Part shown: piece after piece, positions 41,436 through 53,529 of the stretch
Layout of the letters: each line of letters starts with the position of its first letter
Position numbering within the stretch: position 1 is the stretch's first letter
NCBI RefSeq assembly: GCF_009914755.1
Contig: NC_060927.1
Length of the DNA stretch: 64,000 bases
Reading direction: 5' to 3' (one strand)
Source of the DNA: the human T2T-CHM13v2.0 reference genome, Homo sapiens
Notes under the pieces: generated by a model
What the model saw: the letters and a program-made list of their open reading frames with translations, nothing else
What the model was told of the DNA's origin: nothing
Database searches by the model: none
Position numbers and translations under genes: made by a program

Positions 41436-42661
41436 TAGGCGCCAAAACAACTAAAGATCCAAGTGAATATAAAACCCAGTGGTGCAACTCTGAGCCAGAA
41501 TCCTGGACCACAGCCCATGACCACTTCCAGGAAGGCAAGGCTTCCTTCCTCTCCTGCCCCTCCCAGGTGGCCCTAACCCTGTGCAACAGGCCACTCGCCA
41601 GGGAGCTTGAGGGGAAGAGAACAGTCGGGTCCTGGCCAGTCCCAATCTGTCTTAGAGAAGAGAAGGATGACCAACACCCATGGGAAGGAATTTGGAGCAG
41701 GAGACCAGAAGGGCAGGGACAAGGATGGGTTTGGGCTCCCACTGCTGCTCTCTATCCACCGCCACCTCTTCCATCCAGGAAGCTCCCAGCCTTAGGTAGA
41801 TGCCGTAAGACAAGTGGAGGCTGCACTGGGCTGGGGAGGTGTGACACCTGGGCTTTCACTGTGCCCCTCCCACTGCCTAGGTCCTGATGCCCATCACAGC
41901 CCTTTCTGCTGCGGCCTGGGACCTTCCCCTCCCGGTGCTGCAGGGAGCTCCGCACTCACGCATTTAGGTCACTAATGTGCAGCGCTGGGGAGTGCCCTCT
42001 GAGCACCCGAGAAATTACTTTGGTTATGGAACTGACAATTGTTTCCTTCCTTCTACTCCTTCCTTCTGTTTGGCTGACATTTCCCTCTCAAACCCTCTGA
42101 CACAGGGTTCCATCAGGAGCACCGCACCCCTCCACAACCCTCTGCCACGGAAGGTGTGCGAATGCCCCATCTCCTCCTCACAACCCTGTGGACCCATGGT
42201 TAGGCCGTTTCTTTAAGTGAAGAAACTAAGTCTCATAAAGGCTCGGTCTTGCTGGGGTCTCACAGTCCTCGCAGGAGCTAGGATCTGGACTAGGGTCCTT
42301 GAGCTAGTCGCTCACCCTCTCTGAGCCTCACTTTCCTCCCAGGTAAAACGCATGTCACAATACAATGGGGACCAAATCCTTAGGCGGGACACAAAGGGAC
42401 AGGGGCCTGGGAGGCCTTTTGAGAAGCTCTGAGCAGAGCTAGGCGTGCCCCGATCCGGCTTGAGGAGCCCAGCTCCTGTTCCTCCCCATGTGGGAAAGAG
42501 ACTGGCCCCGCGTCCGGGCCGCCTCCCGGCTGTAGGCGCTGGGACCGCGGGGCGCAGAGACCCCGCGCCCAGCCAACCGGACACAGGGACCAAAGCGCCT
42601 AGCAGACAGGGCGCAGGAGACGCCCATCAGGCGGCTCGCGCCCCCAGGCACCTGCACTCAC

Positions 42662-42704
42662 CGAGGGCCCCGAGGAACAGCAGGACGAGGAAGACAAGTT
42701 TCAT
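42662..42704 (-). CDS. LTF: LTF exon 1 coding part (signal peptide MKLVFLVLLFLGAL)
   Basis: ATG at 42704-42702 in context GCAGACATGA; donor CTCG/GTGAGT. Confidence 0.99.
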
Positions 42705-42767
42705 GTCTGCGGTCTGGAGGCGACTTGGCAAACGAAGGCTCTGCCACTTGCGCCTGCCCTGCGCCCC

Positions 42768-42828
42768 TTTATTCAGGGCTTTGCCCCGCCCTGTTGCCCA
42801 ATAGACACCCCTTCCCTCCCCACTCCCC
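42768..42828 (-). promoter_or_regulatory. LTF: LTF P1 core promoter: non-canonical TATA (AATAAA), Sp1 GC box, C/EBP site, G-rich box
   Basis: AATAAA at 42768-42773 (~-30), GGGCGGGG at 42784-42791, ATTGGGCAAC at 42793-42802, G-runs at 42808-42828. Agrees with the established C/EBP-Sp1 myeloid promoter. Confidence 0.8.
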
Positions 42829-43081
42829 GCGGCCAGGTCTACTTGTTCCTTGAGGATCCAGGCTCCGAAAAGCCCTGAGGCAGGACAGGACTCCACACCG
42901 CGCTGCGAGAGGAAAGCCAGCCTGCACCTCACCTGTCCTGGTTCTGCCTGGCTGCTGCGATGTTCTTTCTCTCCCACTAGTCTGCAAGCCCCTAGGAGTC
43001 GCAGCCCCCTGAGCCCTGTCCCAGCTCTGGTCTCAGTGCCTTCTAGAGGGCAGGACACAGAGCAGAGGGTCTTTACTTGAA

Positions 43082-43095
43082 GATCGCCTTGACCT
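43082..43095 (-). promoter_or_regulatory. LTF: Imperfect estrogen response element (COUP-TF overlap)
   Basis: AGGTCAAGGCGATC, ~350 bp upstream of the TSS; the established human lactoferrin ERE. Confidence 0.85.
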
Positions 43096-43119
43096 GTGAG
43101 ACTGCTATCTTCTTCAGCA

Positions 43120-43130
43120 GATGACCTTGA
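43120..43130 (-). promoter_or_regulatory. LTF: ERR-alpha/SF-1 extended half-site (ERRE)
   Basis: TCAAGGTCATC, ~25 bp upstream of the ERE. Confidence 0.85.
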
Positions 43131-43564
43131 AGGTGCCTAGGAGCCAGTTAGGGCAGGTGGGTTTGCTTTCACCTTGGCTCAGCAGTGAGCTGAGAGTTGA
43201 AAAGATGACCCGACCACCCCCAGCAGCAGCCTAGGGACAGCTGACAGAGAAAAGAGAGGCTGCCCAGAGTCTCAGGCAAGCTGCCCATGGGGTATCTCCC
43301 TGCCCTGCTGAGACCCACAATACAGCTCCCAGAAAACAGACAGGGACCTCAGAGGGGAATGGCCACCACCCAAGGCTGGTTCCATGTTCTTATTTGCCAA
43401 TGAGAAAGATGCCCTATGGCTAAGATGCCCTACCACTTTTTTTTTTTTGTCTTTTTTTTCTCCATCTCCTCCTTCTTCTTTTTTGGTGTTGATAGTATTC
43501 AGTAGGAAATGGTAACCTCATTTTAACAATCGCCATAAATGTCAGATTTTAAAATTCAAAAGCT

Positions 43565-43601
43565 AGAATACTGCTTCTAAGAATACATCTCGTAAATACA
43601 T
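43565..43601 (-). promoter_or_regulatory. LTF: Repeated ATGTATT motifs, probable CDP/cut (CUX1) silencer
   Basis: ATGTATTT (43594-43601), ATGTATTCT (43580-43588) and AGTATTCT (43565-43572). Matches my recollection of the described LTF silencer. Confidence 0.55.
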
Positions 43602-43742
43602 TCCCATGACACACAGCACCCCAGGTACAAATGTTTCCAGGCACCACTGCATGCCATTAATCAGTTGGAAGCAAACTAAACATCCATCTCTAGGGGAGTG
43701 TCACATACAGCATGGTGCCTGTGGGACACATTGGGGGCCTCA

Positions 43743-44118
<376 letters not shown>

Positions 44119-45454
44119 CTAACAGTGAGGGAAATAATAGGTCACCTGAACACCTTTCTTGGCAGGTGAGTCTGACCAATATGTGACTCTGAAATCTGCT
44201 TATTCTGAAAAGCTGGTCTTGACTCTGCTTAGACTACTTGGTACTAAAAAGCATTTCCTGGAGCAGATAGGCAATGCCCCAGGGAGCCAGCTCTGCCAAG
44301 AGTGAGCATGCAGTGGGCACCTAGCCATGGAGAAGCAGGCTCAGCCCAAGGTGGAGAGGCCATTAAGGAGGCTGGGGAGCCCCTCCATTTCTGGGCATGA
44401 TCCTGCCAAGGCACAGGGTGGAGGCTAATCAGGGATCATGCTTGCCTGCCATGAGACTGGGGTCTGAGATTTGGTGCTAGAATCACCAGCTGGGTTTTGG
44501 GGTGACAGATCCAAGGTCTCTCATTGTTTGGAAACATGATATTGCACCATTTAAAGTTGCCATCATCAATAATTGCAATAAGTTCTTTCAAAAATACTGA
44601 AGAAATACAAAATTGACTAATTCCCAGGAGTGCTGAAGCATCTTTGTACCTAAATTGGCAACAAGACTTTGCCTTTTCATCATTATAAAAGAATTAAGAA
44701 ACATCATAACCCGTGTCTCTTTTTCTGAGTCCAAATTTTAAAAAAGGATGACTGGGAGGTCAGAGGGCCCTGGGCCCTCTTAAGTATGTTACAGTGTTGG
44801 CAAGAACACAGAGAACCTGGGGCCACTACCAAGAGGCTCAGCTTAAGGAGTGCCCTGAAGGCAGCATGGGTAGGCAACAGGGCAGACTGTTTTCCTGCTG
44901 TGCCTGTTGGAACAGCCCAGCCCCAGGGCAGGGATGTGAGCATCTGGACACAGGCAGAGCAGCCCCTCAAGGCCATTTGCAGAGGAGGCTGATGTAGGGG
45001 ATGAGTCTGCCCCAAAAAACAATGAAGTTTCACTGATCTATTAACAGCATTCATTCATTCATTCATTCATTCATTCATGCCAGAACTGGTAGATGCCATG
45101 AGAGACAGAGAAGAGGGGTCTGTCCTTGCCCTCAGGAGCTCACAGCACTATGGGGGAGGGACAGTCACAGGAATGCACTTCTATCACAGAGGCTCCCTAA
45201 GAAGAGGCCAAGCAGCATAAAGCAAGTGAGTGTGAGGGCCCAGAGGAGGAATGACCAGCACCCATCATGAGGGCTCCAGAAGAACTCCAGGAAGATTTAG
45301 CCTGGGTACCTGAAGGAAGGGTGGGATTTCTACAGGTAGAGCATTCTGTAAAGTAAACAACCAAACAAGTAAAGGCTTGGGAGCATGAACCCAGTGACCA
45401 ATTACCTGAGCACCAGGGACAACAAAAGTTCCCTCTGGCTTTCTGGCCAGGAAT

Positions 45455-45457
45455 TCT

Positions 45458-45496
<39 letters not shown>

Positions 45497-45655
45497 TACC
45501 GACAGGGTCTCCCTCTGTCACCTAGGCTGGTATGCAGTGGTGGTGCAATCACAGCTCACTGCAGCCTTGACCTCCTGGGCCCAAGCGATCCTCCCACCTT
45601 GGCCTCCCAAAGTGCTGGAATTACAGGCATAAACCATTGCACCCAGCCATGGCTT
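45455..45655 (-). mobile_element. Alu monomer/internally deleted Alu
   Basis: Poly-T followed by antisense Alu sequence. Confidence 0.8.
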
Positions 45656-46084
45656 GGAACTCTTGTTGGAAGAAGGATTAACAAAATCCTCCTCCTCTAT
45701 CCTGAGCTCCACATCATGTGTTCATCTGCCTCTGGAAAGGTACTCTTGCAGGTCCTGAAGGCGCCTAAATTTAATGCATCGAAAATGCAACTCACCCAGT
45801 CCCTCCAACCCTGAACCTTTTCTCATATTTCCTACCGCTTTCCACCAAACCCACCAAAGAGCCGCAGAGGCACCCTCAAATCCTTTGGCCAGTTAGCTCT
45901 GTGCATGTTATAGGCACTTGATGATCAATATCGGTTGAAGGAATGAATAAATGAGGAAGAGGAACAGGCTAAGAAAGGGACAAAGGATCCTGTTTGTAAT
46001 GTGTTGGGTCTGAAGGATAGTGAGGGTCAGGGCTGCCTAAGCCAGGCCATGCCAGAGCCTGTGTACATGGACTCATTAACTTAC

Positions 46085-46152
46085 CCATTCATTCAACACT
46101 GGTCTATGGGACATCTCCAACGTGCCAGGAGTTGGGTCAGATCTCAAAGAGC
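46085..46152 (-). other. LTF: Candidate 68-nt upstream LTF exon ending ATG-G, derived from an L2 3' end
   Basis: Acceptor TTCTGCTTCCCTGCAG and donor ATGG/GTAAGT. Phase 1 matches exon 2 and gives MGLCLAGRRRR. Confidence 0.6.
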
Positions 46153-49100
46153 CTGCAGGGAAGCAGAATGCAGGTTTCCAAATGCTGAGACAGTAACATG
46201 AGTTTAAGGAGCACAAAGAAGGTAGCTGCTGTGGAAACTGCCATGCAGTGGCAAGAGCTAGTGTTCAACAGGCAGGTGTGTGAGGCTGACTCCCTTCCCC
46301 CTAACCCTGCTCTGCCCCCACCCTCAAAACTCCTCCAGGGAGCCTTTACAGAATTGCAGGCCCAAGCCCCATTAGCAGGCAACAGTCTCTGGCCAACCTA
46401 AGTCCTCCCTGCAAGCCAGTAAACCTCACACCCTGCCCTCTATGAGCCTCTAGCTTCAAACCCCAAGAAGAGTGTTGGGAAGGAAGTGTGAGATCTGAGT
46501 AGAACTGGCTTCAGGTGGGATAAGGCAGAAAAGGCCTTCCTGAGACATCAACTCACGCTTGGACAATAGCTTGGCAGATGGGAGACCTTGGGCCCTGTAT
46601 CTTTTCCCTGCCAGTGGTGAGAGATTGCTGACTTGAGAACCACTTGTTAAACATTTAGGGATTTGGGGTGGGTTAACTGATGGCAGCTTGATATCAGGCA
46701 TAGTCGATGTATTTATGCCATGGAATTAGCAAATGCTCTAAATCAGGGCTTCCTCCTTCCACACCCCCAGAGGGCCAGTTGACCAGCACACAGCTGCCTA
46801 CGTTCATCATTGGTGGCATGCAGTGTCCACATTAGTGTGGGTGTGTTTGTGTATGGGTGGCTGTGCCATCCCTAGCAGAGAAATAGGATAATAATCTTTA
46901 ATATTTGGATGACATTTTAAAATCCAAATAGTGCTGTCAGTGACTTTGTTTCACATGGCTTTAACAACGACTCTGTGAGTTAAGACAGTCACTCTTTCCA
47001 TTCTAAAAACAGGTACTCTGAGTGTCGCCTGAGGTCACACAGTGAGTGAGATACAACTGCTATCCCTGAGTCTCCCATTAGGCCCACAGCCAGGGGCTTT
47101 CTCCTCCATGAGCCAAGAACCCTCTGAGAGCTCAGGGTGCAGGGACTGAGGCCCAGGGATCTCAGCACAAAGGGAACCTGGCAAGAATTGAACCTTCCGT
47201 GAAGCAGGCCCTGCCTGGCCCCTTCCACACATCAGCTGGCTTCTGATGCTCTGGAAATACCAAAAGGTGCTTGTTATACCTGTTTCCAGCTGAGTGGACT
47301 TGGGCAATGCACCCTGTTCATGGTCTCACAGCCAGTGGACAGTAGAGCTAGAAATCCACCCGGGACCCCATCCAGTGACTTCTTAGGGCCTTGGTGTCTT
47401 AGTATTGATCATTTATTTGCTGATCACCCTGAAGAGAGGGGCAGAGAATGGGGGAGAAGGAGAAAGAGATGGATGGAGAGCTGCCTGTGTCTCTACCCAC
47501 CCAAGTCCCCCCAAGATCCCAACACAGACAATGACCTTGAGAGAAAGGCCCTCACATTTGGCCCCACATTGGCCCTTTTGAAGACAGCCAAAGGCCCTAA
47601 GAGTCTGGGAACGTTTCTGGGCTCCTGGGAGCTTCCATCAGGAGGGAAGATCTGCTGAAGGGCAGCAGGCAGGAAAACAGTGGCTTCATTAGCCAACACG
47701 TATTGTTGCCAAATGTTGCCCAATTTACAAAGGCCCCACAGAGACAAGGAGCTTCTGTCTGCTTGGATCAGCCCTCTTCTTCCTCTTCCTCTTCCCTCCC
47801 CTCACCTAACCCTCCTCCTCTGCAGGACCCTCTGCCCTCTGGCCCTCTCCTCACAGGGACAGCCCTCCTGGGGCTGGCTTCTCCAAAGACCTGCTGAGCT
47901 TGCTCCCCAGTGGGCAAGGGGCAGTGGAATGAGCTCATGCTTCCAGTCCCACCCCACTTCTGAGTTTTCAATTCTCCTGGCCGGGATAGCACCCCAAGTT
48001 CCTGGCAGAATCTGAACTGAGCACCTAATCACCATATCCTTTGAGAATGTACAGCAGGTCAGGCCCTGGGGGAGAGCCTTCTGGGAAGGTGCTGGCCTGG
48101 AGGGAGCATGTGTGTGGCCCAAGGCCAGCCATGCAAATTTCTTCCCAGAAGGAATGAGGCCCTGGCCCAGGGAAAGTTCCAGGCAGAAAGTACCTGAGTT
48201 GCTGGCCCATGGTGCTGCCCTCCTACAAGGTTGCATTCTGGAGGGGACTGCTCCACAGGCTTCACTGTGCTGGAGGCCTCTGTGTCTGCTGTCTGTGTCC
48301 TGCAAGGACAAGATCAGCTGGATCCTTCACTCAGTAGGAGCCTGAGATGGGCGAGCAGAGGAGTGAGGAGGCATGATTTTCCTCCATTTCTCTGGGTGAG
48401 GCTGCTCATCCCCAGCTCTTCCAGGCTAGAGATGCCCAGCTCCTCTGACCAGTCCTCAAGCCTCACTACTGCTCTGGTAGTGGACTTCCTCATCCCACCA
48501 TTCCTTTATTCACCTGACAGCTGGGCAGACGGGAAGGCATGGGGAGAGATGTGGTTAGAAGCTCAGAGATGGGATTGGCTGGCTAAGTTTGAACCAGTTC
48601 CACCCTAAACAGCTCCCTGGACCTAGGTCAGTCTCTCAACCTATCTGAGCCTCAGTTTCTCCATATGTAAAAAAGAGACACAAATAATATCCACCGTATG
48701 AGGTGGGTAGAATTAAAACCCGATGTTGAGATGCTTGTGCAGTGCTCAGTACAGACAAGCTGTCATTGATATTTGCAGACATTCATGAGCCCCCACTGTG
48801 TGCAAAAACCTCAGCTGGGCACAGAGGTTCAGGGTTGAGCAGGAAGGAGCCCAGCTTCCAGCAGTTCCTGGTCAGTGAGAGGGGCTGCATGGACCCAGAG
48901 AGTCGCCATCCTACTTGCAGACAGTGTTGACAGAGGCTGCGGGGAGTTTTGAGAGTGGAGGAGAGAGTGGCAGAGTCTGTTCTCCAACATGGCCCTTCTA
49001 GGAGAGCACACACTGCCCCCAGCTGCCTGCCTTTTCTAGAGTGTTCACAGTCTGGCTGGCCTACTCTCCATCTGTGTCTCTGTCCTAATCCCTGCCTCCT

Positions 49101-50320
49101 CTCTTTCTCTGTCTGTTTCTCTCTCTCTCCTTGGCTTACCTTCTCCCTCTCTATCTCTCTGTCTCTATTTCCCTCTCTGTCTTAAACACCTATGTCTATA
49201 CGGGTTATGGATGCCTGCCATAGGGAGGGGCTCTGACCCTGACTGAGCTTCCTCTAGCATAGTACTTGTAACTACTGACACCTGTCCCTGCACCCATGCC
49301 TTCACTCTGAGTTCCAGGAGGGAAAGGACTGTGGTTGACTAGCTGTGCATCCCCAGGGTCCACCTCCAGGCTTGGCCCAGTGGAGAGCCTCCCTCAGGGC
49401 TGTTGACCAGGTGAGTGTGGGGAGCAGAGGAGGACAAGCCCTGCATAAAGGTACACGGAGAAAGGAGCAGGGAGCGGGCCACCCGATGGCCCCTACCTCG
49501 CCCTGTGTAGCACCTACCTGTGTGTGTCTTGAGGATGGAGAGGCTGAAGAGGAGATTTCTCCATCACCCCCAGCACCCAGCACCTGCCTGCAGAGAAGCT
49601 GGGACCTACTTCTCCTACTGAAAGGTCTCCTCTCCTACAGCCCCATCAGCTTCTAAGGGTAAGCAGCAAGGGCACCGGGAGAGTATCAGGGCAGTGCCAA
49701 TGATGAGCAAAAAGAAATATAGGGGCTGGGGGCCATGGGGACAATTCCCCCAAATTTTAACACGCACCACTTTAAGGCCGAGATGCTGTCATGTTAGCCA
49801 ATTTTGTTTGCAGTCAGAGGCTTGTTGGAGCCTCCAGAGGGTCCTTGGCAGCCCAGGGCCTCCCTGTGTCGCTCTTTCTGGGCATAAGTCTTTTCCAGCG
49901 ACCCTCCTCCCTTCTCACCCTTCCCTCCCTTCTCCCTCCCAGCTCTAGATTCTACCCTCCCCATTTCTTCCTCTACTCTTATTCAGCTAAAACCAGAAGT
50001 AAAGCTAGCACAAACTCATATGAATTTAGGAGGTGCCTGCCATGAGCTGTGGTATTTATAGTGTGTGTTTTTACTGAAATTACACCCTCCCAAGGCCATG
50101 TGGCAGGCAAGCTACAGAGAGTTCTCATCCAGAGTCCTCTCGGGGGCATCCTGTCCACTCATCCTTAGCCTCCTGTGTGCTACTGTTGAAGGACAGAGAA
50201 GGAGCAGAGACAGGGAGCAAGACGCCCCTTTTTCGTGATCAACCTAGCAAAACTTCATCCTAAGCAAAGTCTTCCTCCAGAGGGTATTAATCTCCAGAAA
50301 ATCAATTTTGGAAAAGATTC

Positions 50321-50321
<1 letters not shown>

Positions 50322-50397
<76 letters not shown>
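50322..50397 (+). repeat. Compound (GT)n(GA)n microsatellite adjoining an antisense Alu fragment
   Basis: Seen directly. Confidence 0.97.
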
Positions 50398-50402
<5 letters not shown>

Positions 50403-51325
50403 CTTGCTCTGTTGCCCAGGCTGGAGTGCAGTGGCACAGTATAGCTCACAGCAGCCTCGAACTCCCAGGCTCAAGAGATCCTCTTGAAGTTCAGCCACAT
50501 GGTCAGCCCTTTTGAGTAAAGCTGACCTCTCCAGAACATGTGTTGTTGGAGGAATTAGGGGGAAGCTGTGGGTATGGGGCTGGGGTCCAGGAGAGCAATG
50601 CCTCTGAACCAATAATGTTGTTGCCAAATGTTGCCCCATTTGTGAAGGAAACTCAGCAATCAAAGAATTTGTCTCAGCTTGAATCAATCCTTCCTGCTTC
50701 TTCCCTTTGTCTTCTTCATCCCTCTCTGGAACCCCTCCAGGTGGCCTTCTCCTCACTTCATCTGGCAAGGCGGGGGCCAGACTCCCCATGTCTCTAGGTC
50801 AATACATGTGTGTCCTTACAGATTCCCCTTTCTCTTTCAGTCACTACATGTCATCTGGGCCCAGATGCATTCAGTTCTTCCTCCATCCTGCCTCTTGCGC
50901 CTGCCTGTTCCTTTCCATTCCATGGTCTGGAGATGACCTTGGACTCCTGCCTCAGCTTCTGACCACTCTCCTGACCCTCATCTCCCCAAGTGCACCCTTT
51001 CCTGAGGGAAACTTTCAGAATCACAGAGCTAACCATGGTTCCAAGGAATATTTTCTTGCCCTTCCTCTCTTCTCCCATAATCTGCTCCTGAAGAACCTCA
51101 ATCTCCTTCCTCCTTTGGATTAATACCTTCTCTGTGCTGAAAACTACTTTATTCTACTCTACTCTGGCAATGTGTACTCAACTGTGAACAGAACAGCTCA
51201 GCCTAGAAGTTCCACCAGCGCCTCAAAACAGCATGTCCAACTTCCAGTTCTGGATCAAGATGGAGTAGGCATATCTCTCTCTATTCCTCCCACTAAGTAC
51301 AGATTAAAATGCTAAAGATTATAGA

Positions 51326-51733
51326 TGTAGTGGTTTAACCAGCACAAATGTATTATCTTACAATGCTGAAGATCAGAGTTTCAAAATCAGCAGTGAACTA
51401 AAGAATGTAGGGCTGTTTTCCCTCTGGAGGCTCCAGGGGGAATCCATTTCCTTATTTTTTTTCAGCTTCTAGAGGCTGACTCCATTCTTTGGATCTGGGC
51501 TGTACATCATTCTCACCTCTGTGGCTCTCGTTACATCTCCATCTCACACTCTGACCTTCTTGCCTCCCTCCTGTAAGAACTGTCATGATTATACTGTGAC
51601 CATCCAGAGAACGTCCCCATCTCAAGATCTTAATAACATCTGCAAAGTCCCTTTTGCCATTTAAGCTAACATATTTACAGATTCCAGGAATTAGGACATG
51701 GACATCTTTGGGGTCCATTATTCAGCATACCAC
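51326..51733 (-). mobile_element. MLT1-type MaLR LTR
   Basis: CTCTGGAGGCTCCAGGGGGAATCCATTTCC, ACATCTGCAAAGTCCCTTTTGCCAT and GGAATTAGGACATGGACATCTTTGGGG. Confidence 0.8.
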
Positions 51734-51739
51734 TCCAGT

Positions 51740-53262
51740 AGGCTGTGATAAATCATGTGTGTACTAAGTAATACCTACGGTAACCACTACGTAACCTATA
51801 CAAAGATATATACTCAAAGTTACTATAGGTACATCAAAATGGAATTCTAAAAAATGTTTAAGTAACCCACAGGACAGTGAGAAAAAGAAAACAGTAAAAT
51901 CTAAAAACAGAGAGAAAAAAATAAAATAAAATGGTAGGCTTAACACTAACATATCAATAATTACATAAGTAAATAGTCTAAATACTCCAATTAAAAGAAT
52001 GGGATTGGAAGAGTGGATTAAAAAACATAACCCAGCTCTAAGCTTTCCACAAGAAACTCATTAGAAAAAATAACAATGTAGGTAGCATGAAAGTAAAATG
52101 ATAGAAAAACATAAACCATGCAAACATTAATAAAAAGAAAGCAGGAAGAGCTACATTAATATTAGATAAAGTTGAATTCAGGGCAAAGAAAATTATTAGG
52201 GGCAGAAAGAAACATTATGTAATAATGAAAGAGTCAATACACCTAGAAGTCATAACAATCCTAAATGTACCCATCAAAAAGCAGAGCTGCAAAATACATG
52301 AAGAAAAATCTGATAGAACTAGAAAGAGAAATAGACTCCACAATTATAGTTGAAGACTTCAAACCCCTCTACCAACAACTGATAGAACAGACAGCAAATT
52401 AGCAAGAGTGTAGAAGAATTCAACAACACCATCAACCAGCAGAACTGAATCAACATTTATAGAGCCCTTTACCCAACAATAGCAGAATATGCATTCTTTT
52501 CAAGTTCCCACAGAATACTTACCAAGATAGACCATTTCCTGGGACATAAAACAAACCTCAACAATTTTTTAAAAATTGAAATCATAAAAATTTATTCTTT
52601 GATCACAATAAAATCAAACTAGAAATCACTAGCAAAAAGATAGCAGAGAAATCTCCAAACAGTTAGAAACTAAATATCACACTTCTAAATCATCAGTGGG
52701 TCAAAGAGGAAACCTCAAGTAAAACTTTTTTCAAATACACTGAACTTAATGAGAATGAAAATACAGCATATCAAAATGTGTGGGATGCTGCTAAAGCTGT
52801 ACTCAGAGGGAAATTTGTAGCACCAAATGATTACATTAGAGGAGGAAAAGCCTCATATCAGTAATCTAAACTGCCACCTCAAGGAACCAGAAAAGGGAGA
52901 GTAAAATAAACCTAAAGCAAGCAAAAGAAAGAAAACAGAAGCTATCACAACAGATCCTAAAGACAATGGAAGGATAACTCAAGGACTACTAAAAGATCTC
53001 TACACACATACATTTGACAACTGATATGAAATTGACCAATTTCTCCAAAAAAACAAACTATTGCAACTCACAATATGAAACAGATCATCTGAATTAAGAA
53101 ACAGAGCTCATGATTTTAAAACTCTCAAAAAAGAAATCTTCAGACTCAAATGGTTTCACTGTCGAGTTCTACTAAACATTTAAATAATTATCACCAATTC
53201 CACACAACCTCTTCCAAAACCGAAAAGAGGAAATACTCTCCAATACATTCCATGAGGCCCGT
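51740..53262 (+). mobile_element. L1M ORF2 5' (endonuclease) region, decayed
   Basis: CCAATTAAAAGA; GAAGACTTCAAACCCCTCT; CCAAGATAGACCAT; GTGGGATGCTGCTAAAGC. Confidence 0.85.
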
Positions 53263-53356
53263 TTGTTAGCAAGAGAGAAAAAGGAGAGGGTCATCTCTGT
53301 TATTCTTGGGAGAAACTCCCTATGAGATGTCAGTCACTTTCATCTGCTCTCCCCCT

Positions 53357-53358
<2 letters not shown>

Positions 53359-53400
<42 letters not shown>
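53359..53400 (+). repeat. (AC)n microsatellite
   Basis: Seen directly. Confidence 0.97.
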
Positions 53401-53403
<3 letters not shown>

Positions 53404-53529
53404 CTCTTCATCTACTCTCCAACTCTATGGCCCTGCAAGGCATTACCATGGGAACCATGTGGCTCCTTTGATCCAGCTGCAGCCAATTGACCATTAGAGA
53501 CCACCCAACTCAAGCTGGCCAAGTAATCT

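Larger units (their letters stand above)
42430..42910. promoter_or_regulatory. LTF: CpG-rich island over LTF exon 1/proximal promoter
   Basis: Dense CG dinucleotides and high GC relative to the flanks. Confidence 0.75.

Noticed and set aside
48194-48341. Possible additional upstream non-coding LTF exon (CTCAG acceptor, CAG/GTACTT donor)
   Set aside because: The donor is mediocre and the boundaries cannot be supported without transcript data.
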